Below, piece after piece: positions 29,116 through 38,354 of a stretch of DNA of 64,000 nt. The notes under the pieces are model-generated. The model had not been told where the DNA came from, did no database searches, and saw only the letters and a list, made by a program, of their open reading frames with translations. Within the stretch, counting starts at the first letter, position 1. Every line of letters starts with the position of its first letter. Source of the stretch: a bacterium (GTDB taxonomy: Bacteria > RUG730); contig JAVBNQ010000007.1 of the NCBI GenBank assembly GCA_031551405.1, positions 1-64,000 on the forward strand. The letters are read 5' to 3'. Made by a program: the position numbers and the translations under genes.

Positions 29116-29544
29116 CTAGGCTTTCTCGACTTCGACGCCTAATGAAATTTTTGTAATGCCTTCACTTTTTACAATATCCAAAACTTTTACGACGGAATCG
29201 TATTTTACTGTTTTGTCTGCGTTGATGATGACGGATTTATTTTTATTTTTCGAGGCATAGTCTTGAATACGATTTTTTAAAACTTTTATTGAAATGGGAA
29301 CTTCGTCGATAAAAATATGCCCTTTTTCATCAATAATTATTGTAAGAACTTCGTCGCTCGAAACATCTGCCGACTTTTCGACTTGCGGCAGATTAACGTT
29401 AATATTCGACTGCATCATCATCGGGGTTGCGACCATGAATACCACTAAAAGCGTAAGAGCTATATCCGTCAGTGGCGTCACATTTATCGTCGTGAACATT
29501 TTGTTATTTTTGTTTAATCTTTTGTATGTTGCGATGGTTTTCAT
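29116..29544 (-). CDS. exbD: ExbD/TolR biopolymer transport protein
   Basis: INVTPLTDIALTLLVVFMVATP, NLP, INADK. Confidence 0.9.
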   Translation of the reverse strand: MKTIATYKRLNKNNKMFTTINVTPLTDIALTLLVVFMVATPMMMQSNINVNLPQVEKSADVSSDEVLTIIIDEKGHIFIDEVPISIKVLKNRIQDYASKNKNKSVIINADKTVKYDSVVKVLDIVKSEGITKISLGVEVEKA

Positions 29545-30167
29545 TTGTTTTGTCCTAGGAGGAGCAATAATTCTTCGACGTAAAATTCCATTTCTTTCAC
29601 GAAACCTTCGACGCGACTGAGGAAGTAATTGTACGCAATCACGGCTGGAATTGCGACCATCAAGCCAAATGCCGTCGTGATTAAAGCCTTAGAAACTCCG
29701 CCTATCACAATGTCGATTCCGCCCATGCCTTGCGTTGAAATGTTGTTAAATGCTTCGATGATTCCGATAATAGTTCCCAAAAGCCCTAAATATACAGAAA
29801 TATTTGCGATAGTGCCGACGAGGACTGAATATCTTTCTAATTCTTTAATGTTCCTGGAAATTTCTCTGTCAATAGCGCGGTTCATTTTTGCGAGATTTTT
29901 GTCTTTTAATGGAAGCGCAACTGCTGTGATATTCGCAAAAATTGACGAATTTGACTCGCAATATTCGATAGCTTTATTGATTTCGTTTTTGTCTAAATAT
30001 GCCTCAATCGTTCCTAGAAAATCGTCGTTACTAATTTTGCCTTTTGCTTTGAAACAAAGAATTTTGTTGATAATTATTGCAAGAGAAATTACTGAGCAGA
30101 GGATTAATAAATACGAAATAGTTCCGCCGCTATTGATTAAATCCATTATTTTTTGAAAATTAAACAT
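29541..30167 (-). CDS. exbB: ExbB/TolQ/MotA proton channel protein
   Basis: LGLLGTIIGIIEAF, GVSKALITTAFGLMVAIPA. Confidence 0.9.
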   Translation of the reverse strand: MFNFQKIMDLINSGGTISYLLILCSVISLAIIINKILCFKAKGKISNDDFLGTIEAYLDKNEINKAIEYCESNSSIFANITAVALPLKDKNLAKMNRAIDREISRNIKELERYSVLVGTIANISVYLGLLGTIIGIIEAFNNISTQGMGGIDIVIGGVSKALITTAFGLMVAIPAVIAYNYFLSRVEGFVKEMEFYVEELLLLLGQNK

Positions 30168-31113
30168 TTTGTTTTACCTCGAGTTTTTTTATGCGAGACT
30201 GAAAAAAATATACGAATTTGTATCTAGTTTTGTATTCGATTACAGCTAAAATTTTGTTTTTAAATTCTAAAGCAAAATAATCGTCCGAAAAATTATACCT
30301 CCTGAAATCCGCCAAAAAGCTCAAATTTCCGAGCTTGAATTTTTCTAAATCCTCAGGCAATAATTTTATTTTTGGGATTTCGCGAAACAAATCGTCAATG
30401 GGAAATAAATGTTTTTGCAAATATTCTTCAGAAAAATTTTGTGTAAAATCGCGTAAATTTAAACTTTCTGAAAGAGCGAAATTATCGAGTTTTGTTCGAG
30501 TCAAATGTTTGAGATAAGCCATTTCTCCAAGTTCGCTGCAAATATCTCGAAAAAGCGCTCGAATATAAGTTCCGGATGAACATTTTACAAAAAATTTTAT
30601 AGTTTTGCTATCCCAGCTTAAAATTTTTAGGTCGTAAATCAGAATTTTTCTAAGAGGAATTTCGATTTTCTCATTTTTTACTGCATAATCGTAAAGTTTT
30701 CTGCCATTTACTTTTATGGCGGAGTAAATTGGTGGTTTTTGGATGCTGCAGCCAATGTATTTTCGTAGAATTTTTTCGATTTTTGAGATGAATTTTTCGT
30801 CTAACAAAAAATCTTTTTCTTCAAGAATTTCGCCCGTCGAATCGTCTGTGGAAGTTTTCGTTCCAAATGCAAGTTCCGCTACATATTCCTTGTCGTGCTT
30901 CTGTAGGTTTTGCGTGAGCTTCGTCGCATCACCTAAAGTCAAAACTAAAATGCCGTCTGCAAAAGGATCAAGAGTACCTGTGTGTCCGACTTTGAAATTT
31001 TTGATTTTCAAAGAATTTTCGATTGTTTTGCGGACTTTGTGGACTGCAAAATGCGAGCTAATTCCGTCCGGTTTATTTATAGTTAGTAGTCCATTTAACA
31101 TATTTTGCGTCAT
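30160..31113 (-). CDS. truB: tRNA pseudouridine(55) synthase
   Basis: KVGHTGTLDPFADG, PPIYSAIKVNGRKLY, CSSGTYIR. Confidence 0.95.
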   Translation of the reverse strand: MTQNMLNGLLTINKPDGISSHFAVHKVRKTIENSLKIKNFKVGHTGTLDPFADGILVLTLGDATKLTQNLQKHDKEYVAELAFGTKTSTDDSTGEILEEKDFLLDEKFISKIEKILRKYIGCSIQKPPIYSAIKVNGRKLYDYAVKNEKIEIPLRKILIYDLKILSWDSKTIKFFVKCSSGTYIRALFRDICSELGEMAYLKHLTRTKLDNFALSESLNLRDFTQNFSEEYLQKHLFPIDDLFREIPKIKLLPEDLEKFKLGNLSFLADFRRYNFSDDYFALEFKNKILAVIEYKTRYKFVYFFQSRIKKLEVKQNV

Positions 31114-31138
31114 TCTTGAAGAGAGAAAGTTTAATTCG

Positions 31139-32113
31139 TTAAGATTTTTTTACGACAGATTTTATAAAGCAAACGTCTTCATTTGTCAATTTAAAATTTT
31201 TGTATTTCAAGTTTTCCTCGACTTGAGTTTTATTCCTAAATCCAAATAAAATTCCGGAAACAGTTTTATGGTAAAGCAGGAAATTAAGACAGAGTTTAGC
31301 AAAATCTTCATGCTTGGCGCCATATTTTTCTGCTAAAAAACCCAATTTCTGATTGATTATTTTTAAATTTTCAGGCTGAAGTTTTCGTAAATTTTGCCTG
31401 TGATCTCCGGGTGCAAAAAATGTTTTTTCGTGAAATTTGTATTTATTGAGTAAAATTCCATGCTCGAACGGACTAAAAGCTATGAATTTAACATCATATT
31501 TTTTAGTCAAAGTTGCGACTACACTATTTTCAGATATAAATTTTGTATCTAGAATATTCGCTTTTCCCTGGATGAATTTTGGTTTGATTTTTGGGATTAA
31601 TCTGGCGAAATCTCCAGTCTTGTAACACGACAAACCTAAACAGCGAATTTTGCCTTCAGAGTGGAGCTTTTCCATCGTTTCCATCGCTTCATCGAGATAG
31701 TGATCGTTTTTACCAAAATCCGAATGATGGAAATAATAAATATCGAGATATTCGCGTTTCAAATTTTTGAGGGAGTTTTCAAGCTGGAAAATTATGTTTT
31801 TTTTCGAATAGTGGTGTTGAAAATTATTAATAAATCCGATTTTTGAGGAAAGAAAGATTTGATTGGAAATGCTCAGTTCTTGCAGGATTTGTCCTAAAAG
31901 TTTTTCAGATAATCCATCGCCATAGCAGTCAGCTGTATCAAAATGATTGATTCCTTCGTTGAATGCAAACTTTATAGTTTTTTTTGCATCAGAATAGTCG
32001 ATAGGTTCCCAGCCACTCGAAATTCCATCGTGAAAATTTAAACCGCCGAGCTGCCAAAATCCAAGCCCGATTTTAGATAATTCTGCAGAATTAATCAAAG
32101 AGGTGTGGTTCAT
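31139..32113 (-). CDS. Aldo/keto reductase
   Basis: IGLGFW, FDTADCYG, SSK, SLKNLKREYLDIYYFH, GKIRCLGLS. Confidence 0.9.
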   Translation of the reverse strand: MNHTSLINSAELSKIGLGFWQLGGLNFHDGISSGWEPIDYSDAKKTIKFAFNEGINHFDTADCYGDGLSEKLLGQILQELSISNQIFLSSKIGFINNFQHHYSKKNIIFQLENSLKNLKREYLDIYYFHHSDFGKNDHYLDEAMETMEKLHSEGKIRCLGLSCYKTGDFARLIPKIKPKFIQGKANILDTKFISENSVVATLTKKYDVKFIAFSPFEHGILLNKYKFHEKTFFAPGDHRQNLRKLQPENLKIINQKLGFLAEKYGAKHEDFAKLCLNFLLYHKTVSGILFGFRNKTQVEENLKYKNFKLTNEDVCFIKSVVKKS

Positions 32114-33788
32114 CTAGTTTTATCGACGATAATGAAGGGACGTTTTTTTTAATAAGCCCCATTTCGTAGAGTTTTACAAATTCTTCGACAAGCTTTGGCT
32201 CAAATTGTGTGCCGGCGCATTTCTGAATTTCGTTAATTGCAAACGCGATACTTTCTGCTTCTTTATAAGCGCGTTTGGAGATAATCGCGTCAAACGAGTC
32301 AACAAGCTGAATAATTCTTGCTAAAATCGGAATTTCTTCTCCTTTCAATCCATCGGGGTAACCGGTCCCGTCCCATCTTTCATGGTGATATTTAACAACA
32401 TTTTTTACTTCTTTTAAAAAATTTATTTTGTCGAGTATGTTAGAGCCTTCAAAAGTATGCGATTTTATTAGATTAAATTCTTCGAATGTAAGAGTTTCTT
32501 CTTTATTTAAAATTGCGTCGTCGATCAAAATTTTTCCGATATCGTGAAGTATTCCGGCAAATTTTAGGATTTCCAGATCGCGAGCATTAAGGGCAAGCTT
32601 TTTCCCGAGAAGTAAGCTGTAATATAAAACGCGTTCAGAATGCCCTGAAGTATAATGATCCCTTGCATCTAATAAATTTGTCAGAACTCGAACGGAGTCC
32701 CAGTAACTATTTTTTAGTTCAATGTTTTTTGTAATCGTTGAACAAAATTTTGAGGTGCGTTTTATGATTTCATGCAATAAGTCGAAGTCATTGTCGTAAT
32801 AAAATTTTCGATTTTTTTTATTACCGGCTACAAAAATAGCAATAATTTCTTTTTCATTATAAATTGGGGCCAAGATTTTAATTTTTTTGTTCTGATAAGC
32901 TGAAGAGATATTTTTTTGATGTTTTAATATTTCCGCAAAATTATTTATGAATTTTTCATAGCTTTTTCTTTCGAGAAACTTTTCGAGTCCTATGCAATTT
33001 AATGCAGTATATTCTCCCATTATAGGATCGCAGAGGTAAATTGCACAAAATTCAGCTTCTAATTTTTTATACAAGAATCGATTTAGATTTTTTAGAACCT
33101 TTTCTATAGATATTTCGGGATTTGTTTTTAAAATGAAATTTTGTATTGAAATTATATAGTCTTTTTTGAAATATGAACCGAATATTTTTTTGTCATAATT
33201 TATTCTAAGCTGGTAAAAAAAGTAGTACGTTGAAAATACTGTAATAGTATAAACAACGAAGTGTTTTTGAAAGCTAAAATTACAGATTTTATTTAAAAAG
33301 AAAATTACATCAGCCAAAGTCATGAGGAATGAGCAGTAATTAAATAAATAAAAACTGATAAATTTTAGTCTTTTGTCTTCTGATGTTTCAGAAATAAGAA
33401 AATCAATAAAGAAAATTAATATGCAGACAATGTTCAGGAAACTTAGTAAATTTTGGTTTGTTTTTGCAAAAACAAGATGAAATAAAAGAAAAAATATTAC
33501 GAAGAAAAATTCAAATTTTGATTTATTTTTGAAAAGGATGATAGATTTTTTGTAGATTTTGTAATTTAGACGGTGGAAGTAGTAGAAAAAAGAAAGTATG
33601 ATGATGAGGGAGAAGGCGGAAAAAGCTAAAAATTCTATACTAAAAATATTGAATAAAGTATTATAAAGGACATAGATAGACAGGAATGTTATAAGAAGTA
33701 ATTTTGTGATTTTTATAATGCTGGATTGTTTTTTTGTAAAAATTAAGTAATATAAAATGACTAAATTTACAGTGTACTCAAAATTCAT
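32091..33788 (-). CDS. Multi-TM, GAF-like, HD-GYP cyclic-dinucleotide phosphodiesterase
   Basis: Hydrophobic N-terminus; HSERV, LHDIGK, HHERWDGTGYPDGLKG, ARII..VDSFDA. Confidence 0.88.
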   Translation of the reverse strand: MNFEYTVNLVILYYLIFTKKQSSIIKITKLLLITFLSIYVLYNTLFNIFSIEFLAFSAFSLIIILSFFYYFHRLNYKIYKKSIILFKNKSKFEFFFVIFFLLFHLVFAKTNQNLLSFLNIVCILIFFIDFLISETSEDKRLKFISFYLFNYCSFLMTLADVIFFLNKICNFSFQKHFVVYTITVFSTYYFFYQLRINYDKKIFGSYFKKDYIISIQNFILKTNPEISIEKVLKNLNRFLYKKLEAEFCAIYLCDPIMGEYTALNCIGLEKFLERKSYEKFINNFAEILKHQKNISSAYQNKKIKILAPIYNEKEIIAIFVAGNKKNRKFYYDNDFDLLHEIIKRTSKFCSTITKNIELKNSYWDSVRVLTNLLDARDHYTSGHSERVLYYSLLLGKKLALNARDLEILKFAGILHDIGKILIDDAILNKEETLTFEEFNLIKSHTFEGSNILDKINFLKEVKNVVKYHHERWDGTGYPDGLKGEEIPILARIIQLVDSFDAIISKRAYKEAESIAFAINEIQKCAGTQFEPKLVEEFVKLYEMGLIKKNVPSLSSIKLDEPHLFD

Positions 33789-33800
33789 TTAATCTCAATA

Positions 33801-34895
33801 TTAAATTGAAGATAATATTATTATTGTTTTTGTTAAAAATGGCTTTATTTCCTCAATAGAGAAAACGCTAGCTGAATATTGCTTTGAATCTATTTCAATG
33901 GTGTCTTTTATTAGCGTGTTTTTTGAGCTGTAAGCGTCGGTGAGAATTCTAATTAAGTCCGGATTACTGACTATATCCACTACATGCAAATCTATGACGT
34001 TGCCTTTTAGAAAACTATTTTTGTGCAATTTTGCGAATATTATTTTGTTTTCAGAATTAACGACTAAAATATCTGATGTTTCGTTAGCAATCATTGAAGT
34101 AACAATTTTTTCTAGTCTTTTTTCTTCAGCGACTAAAATTTCGTCATTACCATGCTCTTTTGATTTTATTACGCCGGATATTTCATTAATAAGACTATTT
34201 ATTCCGGAATAAATTTCTCCGATTTCATCGTGTTTGTTGAGTTTGAATTTAAAATTTGTAAGATTTTTTTTCATTAAAATTATGCCTTCTTTTATCATAG
34301 TCAAAGGTTTGGCGATGTCTATATAAAAAATTAGCAAAAATATGATTAAAAAAAGTGATGTGAAAATAAAGTTAAAAATAAATACGTATTTATTTTCTTT
34401 TTTTAGCCCGGTCACAACGGAATCTTTTGACATGCCGAAACGAATATAAGCGATTGGGCCTAATTCTTTATCGACGATAGGTGCCGCGCAAACGAGAATA
34501 CTTTTGCCTTCTTCAACGTGGTCTTTGTATGAAAAATCTTTTGTTTCAATTGCCCATGTTGTAAGAGGATCTTTGTATTTATTTCCGATTTCGTAAACAT
34601 CGCTGTGCCCGATCACGGTTCCATTGTTTGAAAAAATAATAGCGTATAAAATATCGTCGACGGATTCTATTTTTTCTATATGAGCTAGAAGAGAGATATC
34701 ATTATAATTTGTAATATCATTTATTATCACAAGATTAGACAACCTTACAACCAATTTGGCTTTGGTAAGGACTTTGTCGAGTAGCCGCTGTTTATATTGG
34801 TCTAAATAAAGTGCACTAGATAAGCCTAATAACGTCACCAAAATTAGAAAAGTATAACAAAATACTTTTAGATTTACATTGATCTTGAATTTCAT
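33801..34895 (-). CDS. Two-TM sensor-like protein (periplasmic domain, HAMP-like and degenerate PAS-like regions) with no output domain
   Basis: TM-periplasm-TM layout; KPL...HDEIGEIYSGINSL HAMP-like motif; no H-box or GGDEF. Confidence 0.6.
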   Translation of the reverse strand: MKFKINVNLKVFCYTFLILVTLLGLSSALYLDQYKQRLLDKVLTKAKLVVRLSNLVIINDITNYNDISLLAHIEKIESVDDILYAIIFSNNGTVIGHSDVYEIGNKYKDPLTTWAIETKDFSYKDHVEEGKSILVCAAPIVDKELGPIAYIRFGMSKDSVVTGLKKENKYVFIFNFIFTSLFLIIFLLIFYIDIAKPLTMIKEGIILMKKNLTNFKFKLNKHDEIGEIYSGINSLINEISGVIKSKEHGNDEILVAEEKRLEKIVTSMIANETSDILVVNSENKIIFAKLHKNSFLKGNVIDLHVVDIVSNPDLIRILTDAYSSKNTLIKDTIEIDSKQYSASVFSIEEIKPFLTKTIIILSSI

Positions 34896-34913
34896 AAGCG
34901 TTATTTCCTATAT

Positions 34914-36101
34914 TTATTTTTTTTCTAGAGCTTTTGCTCTCTGTAGGCTTGTGTAAGCTCTCTCATGTTCAGGATCAAGTGCTAACACAGTTTCCCATTC
35001 GGTAATAGCTTTTGTGATATAGCCATTTCTATAGTAGTATAAACCTTGATTATAATGTTTTCTTACTTCCTCTTGATTTGGAGATTTTTTGAGAGCTATT
35101 TGAACTTGTTGGGTCTCTACAAGCTTTGGAGTTTCGACTTCCACAGCTTCGACAGGTTTTGTTTGTTTTGATCTAGAGATTTCCAGGTTTGTTTTTGTAA
35201 TGGCATCTTTACATTTTTTTTGATTTTTTGAATCAAGAGCGAATTCAAGCGCTTTGTTAAAATTATCTAAAGCTTTTCGATATTCTCTAGAGCTAAGATT
35301 ATCAGAGCCCGCATTATAAAGTCTACTGAATTTTTCTGAAATTTTATTCAAAATCATTTTGTTTAACTCTAAAGCATCTTCATTTTTTTGATCTAGTTTT
35401 AAAGCTTTTATAATGTAGTCATAAGCTATGAGTTGATTATCTGTGTCGTAATTTCGTCTAGCCAAAGATATTAATTCTTTTAGTTTTACTTCAATGTTTT
35501 TTGCTTTAGCTTTTTCAACGAGAGCATCGAGACCCTGGTAATTTGGAACCAACGCCAGTACGTGTTCCCATTCTTCGATTGCTTTTTCAAAATCTTTTCT
35601 CTTGTATGCATCCCAACCTCGTTGGTAGTATGGTTCTGCTAAAAGTCGTCTGGCTTCAATAACGTAACCTTTGATAGTCTCTGCGTTTTCTGTCTCAAAA
35701 ATTACTAGTTTTTCCCAGATGTTTAATGCTGCTAAATAGTGTTTTGTGTCGAAATATTCCTTTCCAATATTAAAATATTCGTTTACAACAGTTTCTTTTG
35801 CTTCTTTTGTCGGATATTTCATCATTTTTTCTACTGCTTCAAGCAAAAAGACAGTTTCTTTGTAAGATTTTTTTATATCGAGAACCTTTTTGTAAAAAAA
35901 TGCTGAATTTTTGAAATCATTCATTTTGCAACATTGTAAGGCTCTATCATAAAGATCTTTTAAAATCGGATCTTCGGTATTTTCATAAGTATAATTTAGA
36001 CGTTGCATAAGATCTTCTTTGTCGTCCTTTAGAAGAGCAAAAAGGTTGATATTACAAAGTCCTAAAATGCTTAAAAATAGCAACAGTTTTTTGATTGTCA
36101 T
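34914..36101 (-). CDS. Secreted tetratricopeptide-repeat protein
   Basis: Signal peptide; repeated YxxG...AIxEWExVLALxP TPR motifs. Confidence 0.8.
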   Translation of the reverse strand: MTIKKLLLFLSILGLCNINLFALLKDDKEDLMQRLNYTYENTEDPILKDLYDRALQCCKMNDFKNSAFFYKKVLDIKKSYKETVFLLEAVEKMMKYPTKEAKETVVNEYFNIGKEYFDTKHYLAALNIWEKLVIFETENAETIKGYVIEARRLLAEPYYQRGWDAYKRKDFEKAIEEWEHVLALVPNYQGLDALVEKAKAKNIEVKLKELISLARRNYDTDNQLIAYDYIIKALKLDQKNEDALELNKMILNKISEKFSRLYNAGSDNLSSREYRKALDNFNKALEFALDSKNQKKCKDAITKTNLEISRSKQTKPVEAVEVETPKLVETQQVQIALKKSPNQEEVRKHYNQGLYYYRNGYITKAITEWETVLALDPEHERAYTSLQRAKALEKK

Positions 36102-36931
36102 AAAAACATCTCCATTAACTTGATTCCAATTGGGCCAAATATCAGGATAAAAACGCCGGGAAATATAAATATCATCATTGGTATTAGCATTTTGACAGGA
36201 GCCTCCATAGCTTGCTTTTCGGCGGATTGAAGTCGTTTTATTTTCATTTCTCCAGAGTAATCACGCAAAACTCCAGCCAAACTTGTTCCGAGCTCTTCAG
36301 CTTGAACCACGACTGAAACAAAAGCTGATACTATTTCTAAATCACATCTTGAAGCAAAATTTTTCATAGCTTGCTTTCTATCGGAACCCAGCTGTAATTC
36401 TCTGATAATTTCCTGAAATTCGTCTATTAGAGGATTTGGGTCGCTGTGCTCTATAATTTTGACTAGAGCAGACATGAAATCTATTCCCGCCTCAACGCAC
36501 AAAGTCATTAAGTCGAGAGCCGCTGGAAAATTCCGTTCGATTTCGCGAAGACGTAGGAAGGCTTTGTTCGAGAAATACCAGTCTGGCAGAAAAAAAGCAA
36601 CGCAGCCAAATGGAAAAGCGCCATAGGTCACGCCAAGAACCCAAGAAATCGCAAAAGTTAGCACAAAAAAGATTAGTTTAATTATGAGCATGTCCTCAGG
36701 TAGTGGATAATTTGGTTTTCCAAGTCTGATCCACATATCAGTCAATCTGCGATTTAAAAATTTGATTTTCATTATTTGGTGATGAATTGCAAAAACGTTT
36801 TTAATTTTTTCGGATAAAGGCAGTTTATGACCGTAATCTGCAGAGGGCGGGATTGAGGAAAAGATATTAAAAGCTATTATAAAAAATGCAAGAAATATAC
36901 AAAATAAAGCAAGGGCTAAATATAAAATCAT
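36098..36931 (-). CDS. tadC: Tad pilus inner-membrane platform protein TadC (T2SS-F family)
   Basis: PAALDLMTLCVEAG, QAEELGTSL, AEKQAMEAPVKMLIPM..FIFP. Confidence 0.88.
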   Translation of the reverse strand: MILYLALALFCIFLAFFIIAFNIFSSIPPSADYGHKLPLSEKIKNVFAIHHQIMKIKFLNRRLTDMWIRLGKPNYPLPEDMLIIKLIFFVLTFAISWVLGVTYGAFPFGCVAFFLPDWYFSNKAFLRLREIERNFPAALDLMTLCVEAGIDFMSALVKIIEHSDPNPLIDEFQEIIRELQLGSDRKQAMKNFASRCDLEIVSAFVSVVVQAEELGTSLAGVLRDYSGEMKIKRLQSAEKQAMEAPVKMLIPMMIFIFPGVFILIFGPIGIKLMEMFL

Positions 36932-36971
36932 ATTTTTGCAATCCTCTTTAGTAGTTTAAAGCAGTGGGACT

Positions 36972-37856
36972 TTAGACGTCGATCGTTGTAATTTTTTTGA
37001 TGACGAGAATCCCAATAAATTGCCATATAACGAGAAATCCTAAAAGTGTAGTCCCTATTGTAGTTTTGAACATCGGCAACATAAAGTCAGGCTGAATAGC
37101 AAATATTAATCCGCCCATACACCAAGGCAAAGACGATACAATAATAGATTGGATTTTACCTTGAGCAGTCAGAGTTTTGACCTTATTTTGCAGTTTATAA
37201 GTTTCTCTTACAGTTTGTACTATTTGTTCTATAATTTTTGTTACGTCGCCACCTGTTTCTCGCTGGATTATGAGTGAGGTGACAAAAGTATCGATTGGAC
37301 TAGATTTGAGACGTTCACGCATGCTGACCAACGCATCTTCTAAACTCACTCCGAGGTTGTATTCTTTCAAAATTTGTGCAAATTCATCTCGAATAGGCGG
37401 TTCTAAGCTTTCTAGCGAAAGTTCAATTCCTTGAATTATATCGAGGCCTGCTTTTAATGCGTTTCCTAGAAAGATTAACGCGGAAACTAATTGTTTTTCA
37501 ACTTTTGTAGTTCGCCTTTTTTGAATATTGTTTAAAACAAAACGTGGAAAAAAGTAGAGTAAAAATATAAAAAAAATCCACATTATCGCCGTTTTTGTTA
37601 TTAACAAAACAATAAATCCAACAAAATTGACTGCTAAAATATAAAAATACGGGATTATTTTTTCTTTAAGTTTTATTTTAAAAATTTTTGAATTAAAGGC
37701 TTTGATATCGTCGCAGTATTTTGTCCAGATTTTTTCGAAAACAGAGGTTTCGCCTTTTAGTTTTTTTGCGATTACGCTAGTTGAAATTATTCGTACAAAT
37801 AAAAAGAAAAAAGCAAAAAAAGATAAGATAGCAAAAAATTTTATAATGATTAGCAT
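36972..37856 (-). CDS. tadB: Tad pilus inner-membrane platform protein TadB (T2SS-F family)
   Basis: QL..AL...NALKAG, IQRETGG, VKTLTAQGK; paired with tadC. Confidence 0.88.
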   Translation of the reverse strand: MLIIIKFFAILSFFAFFFLFVRIISTSVIAKKLKGETSVFEKIWTKYCDDIKAFNSKIFKIKLKEKIIPYFYILAVNFVGFIVLLITKTAIMWIFFIFLLYFFPRFVLNNIQKRRTTKVEKQLVSALIFLGNALKAGLDIIQGIELSLESLEPPIRDEFAQILKEYNLGVSLEDALVSMRERLKSSPIDTFVTSLIIQRETGGDVTKIIEQIVQTVRETYKLQNKVKTLTAQGKIQSIIVSSLPWCMGGLIFAIQPDFMLPMFKTTIGTTLLGFLVIWQFIGILVIKKITTIDV

Positions 37857-37900
37857 ATTTTATCCTTGATTGTATTTTATTTTTAAAAAATTTCTTTAAA

Positions 37901-37929
37901 AATTTATCTAAATTAAAAAATATTGTCAA
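37901..37929 (-). promoter_or_regulatory. Putative sigma70 promoter for the tadB-tadC cluster
   Basis: Minus strand TTGACA-N17-TAAATT upstream of tadB. Confidence 0.5.
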
Positions 37930-37941
37930 CCTAAAAATTGT

Positions 37942-38337
37942 CTATTTTTTTATTTTACCGGAACGTTTGAGCAGATTTTTTACCCTCGCTAATAATTCTT
38001 TTGGTTCGAAAGGTTTATTCATGTAGTCATCACTTCCGCAGTCGAAACCAGTAATATAGTCCTGTTCTAGAGTTCTGACTGTGAGCATCAAAACCAAAAT
38101 GTCTTTAAACGAATATTTTTCTCTAATTTTTTTACACACCTCGTAGCCGTTCATTTTTGGCATATTTAGATCTAAAACAACCAGGTCCGGAATTTCCGAG
38201 ACTGCTTTTTGGTAGCCTTCTTCTCCATCATTTGCTATAGATACAGAATAGCCATCTTTCTCGAGAATTATTTTTAAAAGGAATGCAAAATCTTTTTCAT
38301 CGTCAACGACTAAAATTTTGAACTTTTGATCTTCCAA
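37942..38337 (-). CDS. Single-domain response regulator (receiver only)
   Basis: ILVVDD, DLVVLDLNMP, MLT, DDYMNKPF. Confidence 0.92.
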   Translation of the reverse strand: MEDQKFKILVVDDEKDFAFLLKIILEKDGYSVSIANDGEEGYQKAVSEIPDLVVLDLNMPKMNGYEVCKKIREKYSFKDILVLMLTVRTLEQDYITGFDCGSDDYMNKPFEPKELLARVKNLLKRSGKIKK

Positions 38338-38354
38338 AGTTCCTCCTACGGTAT

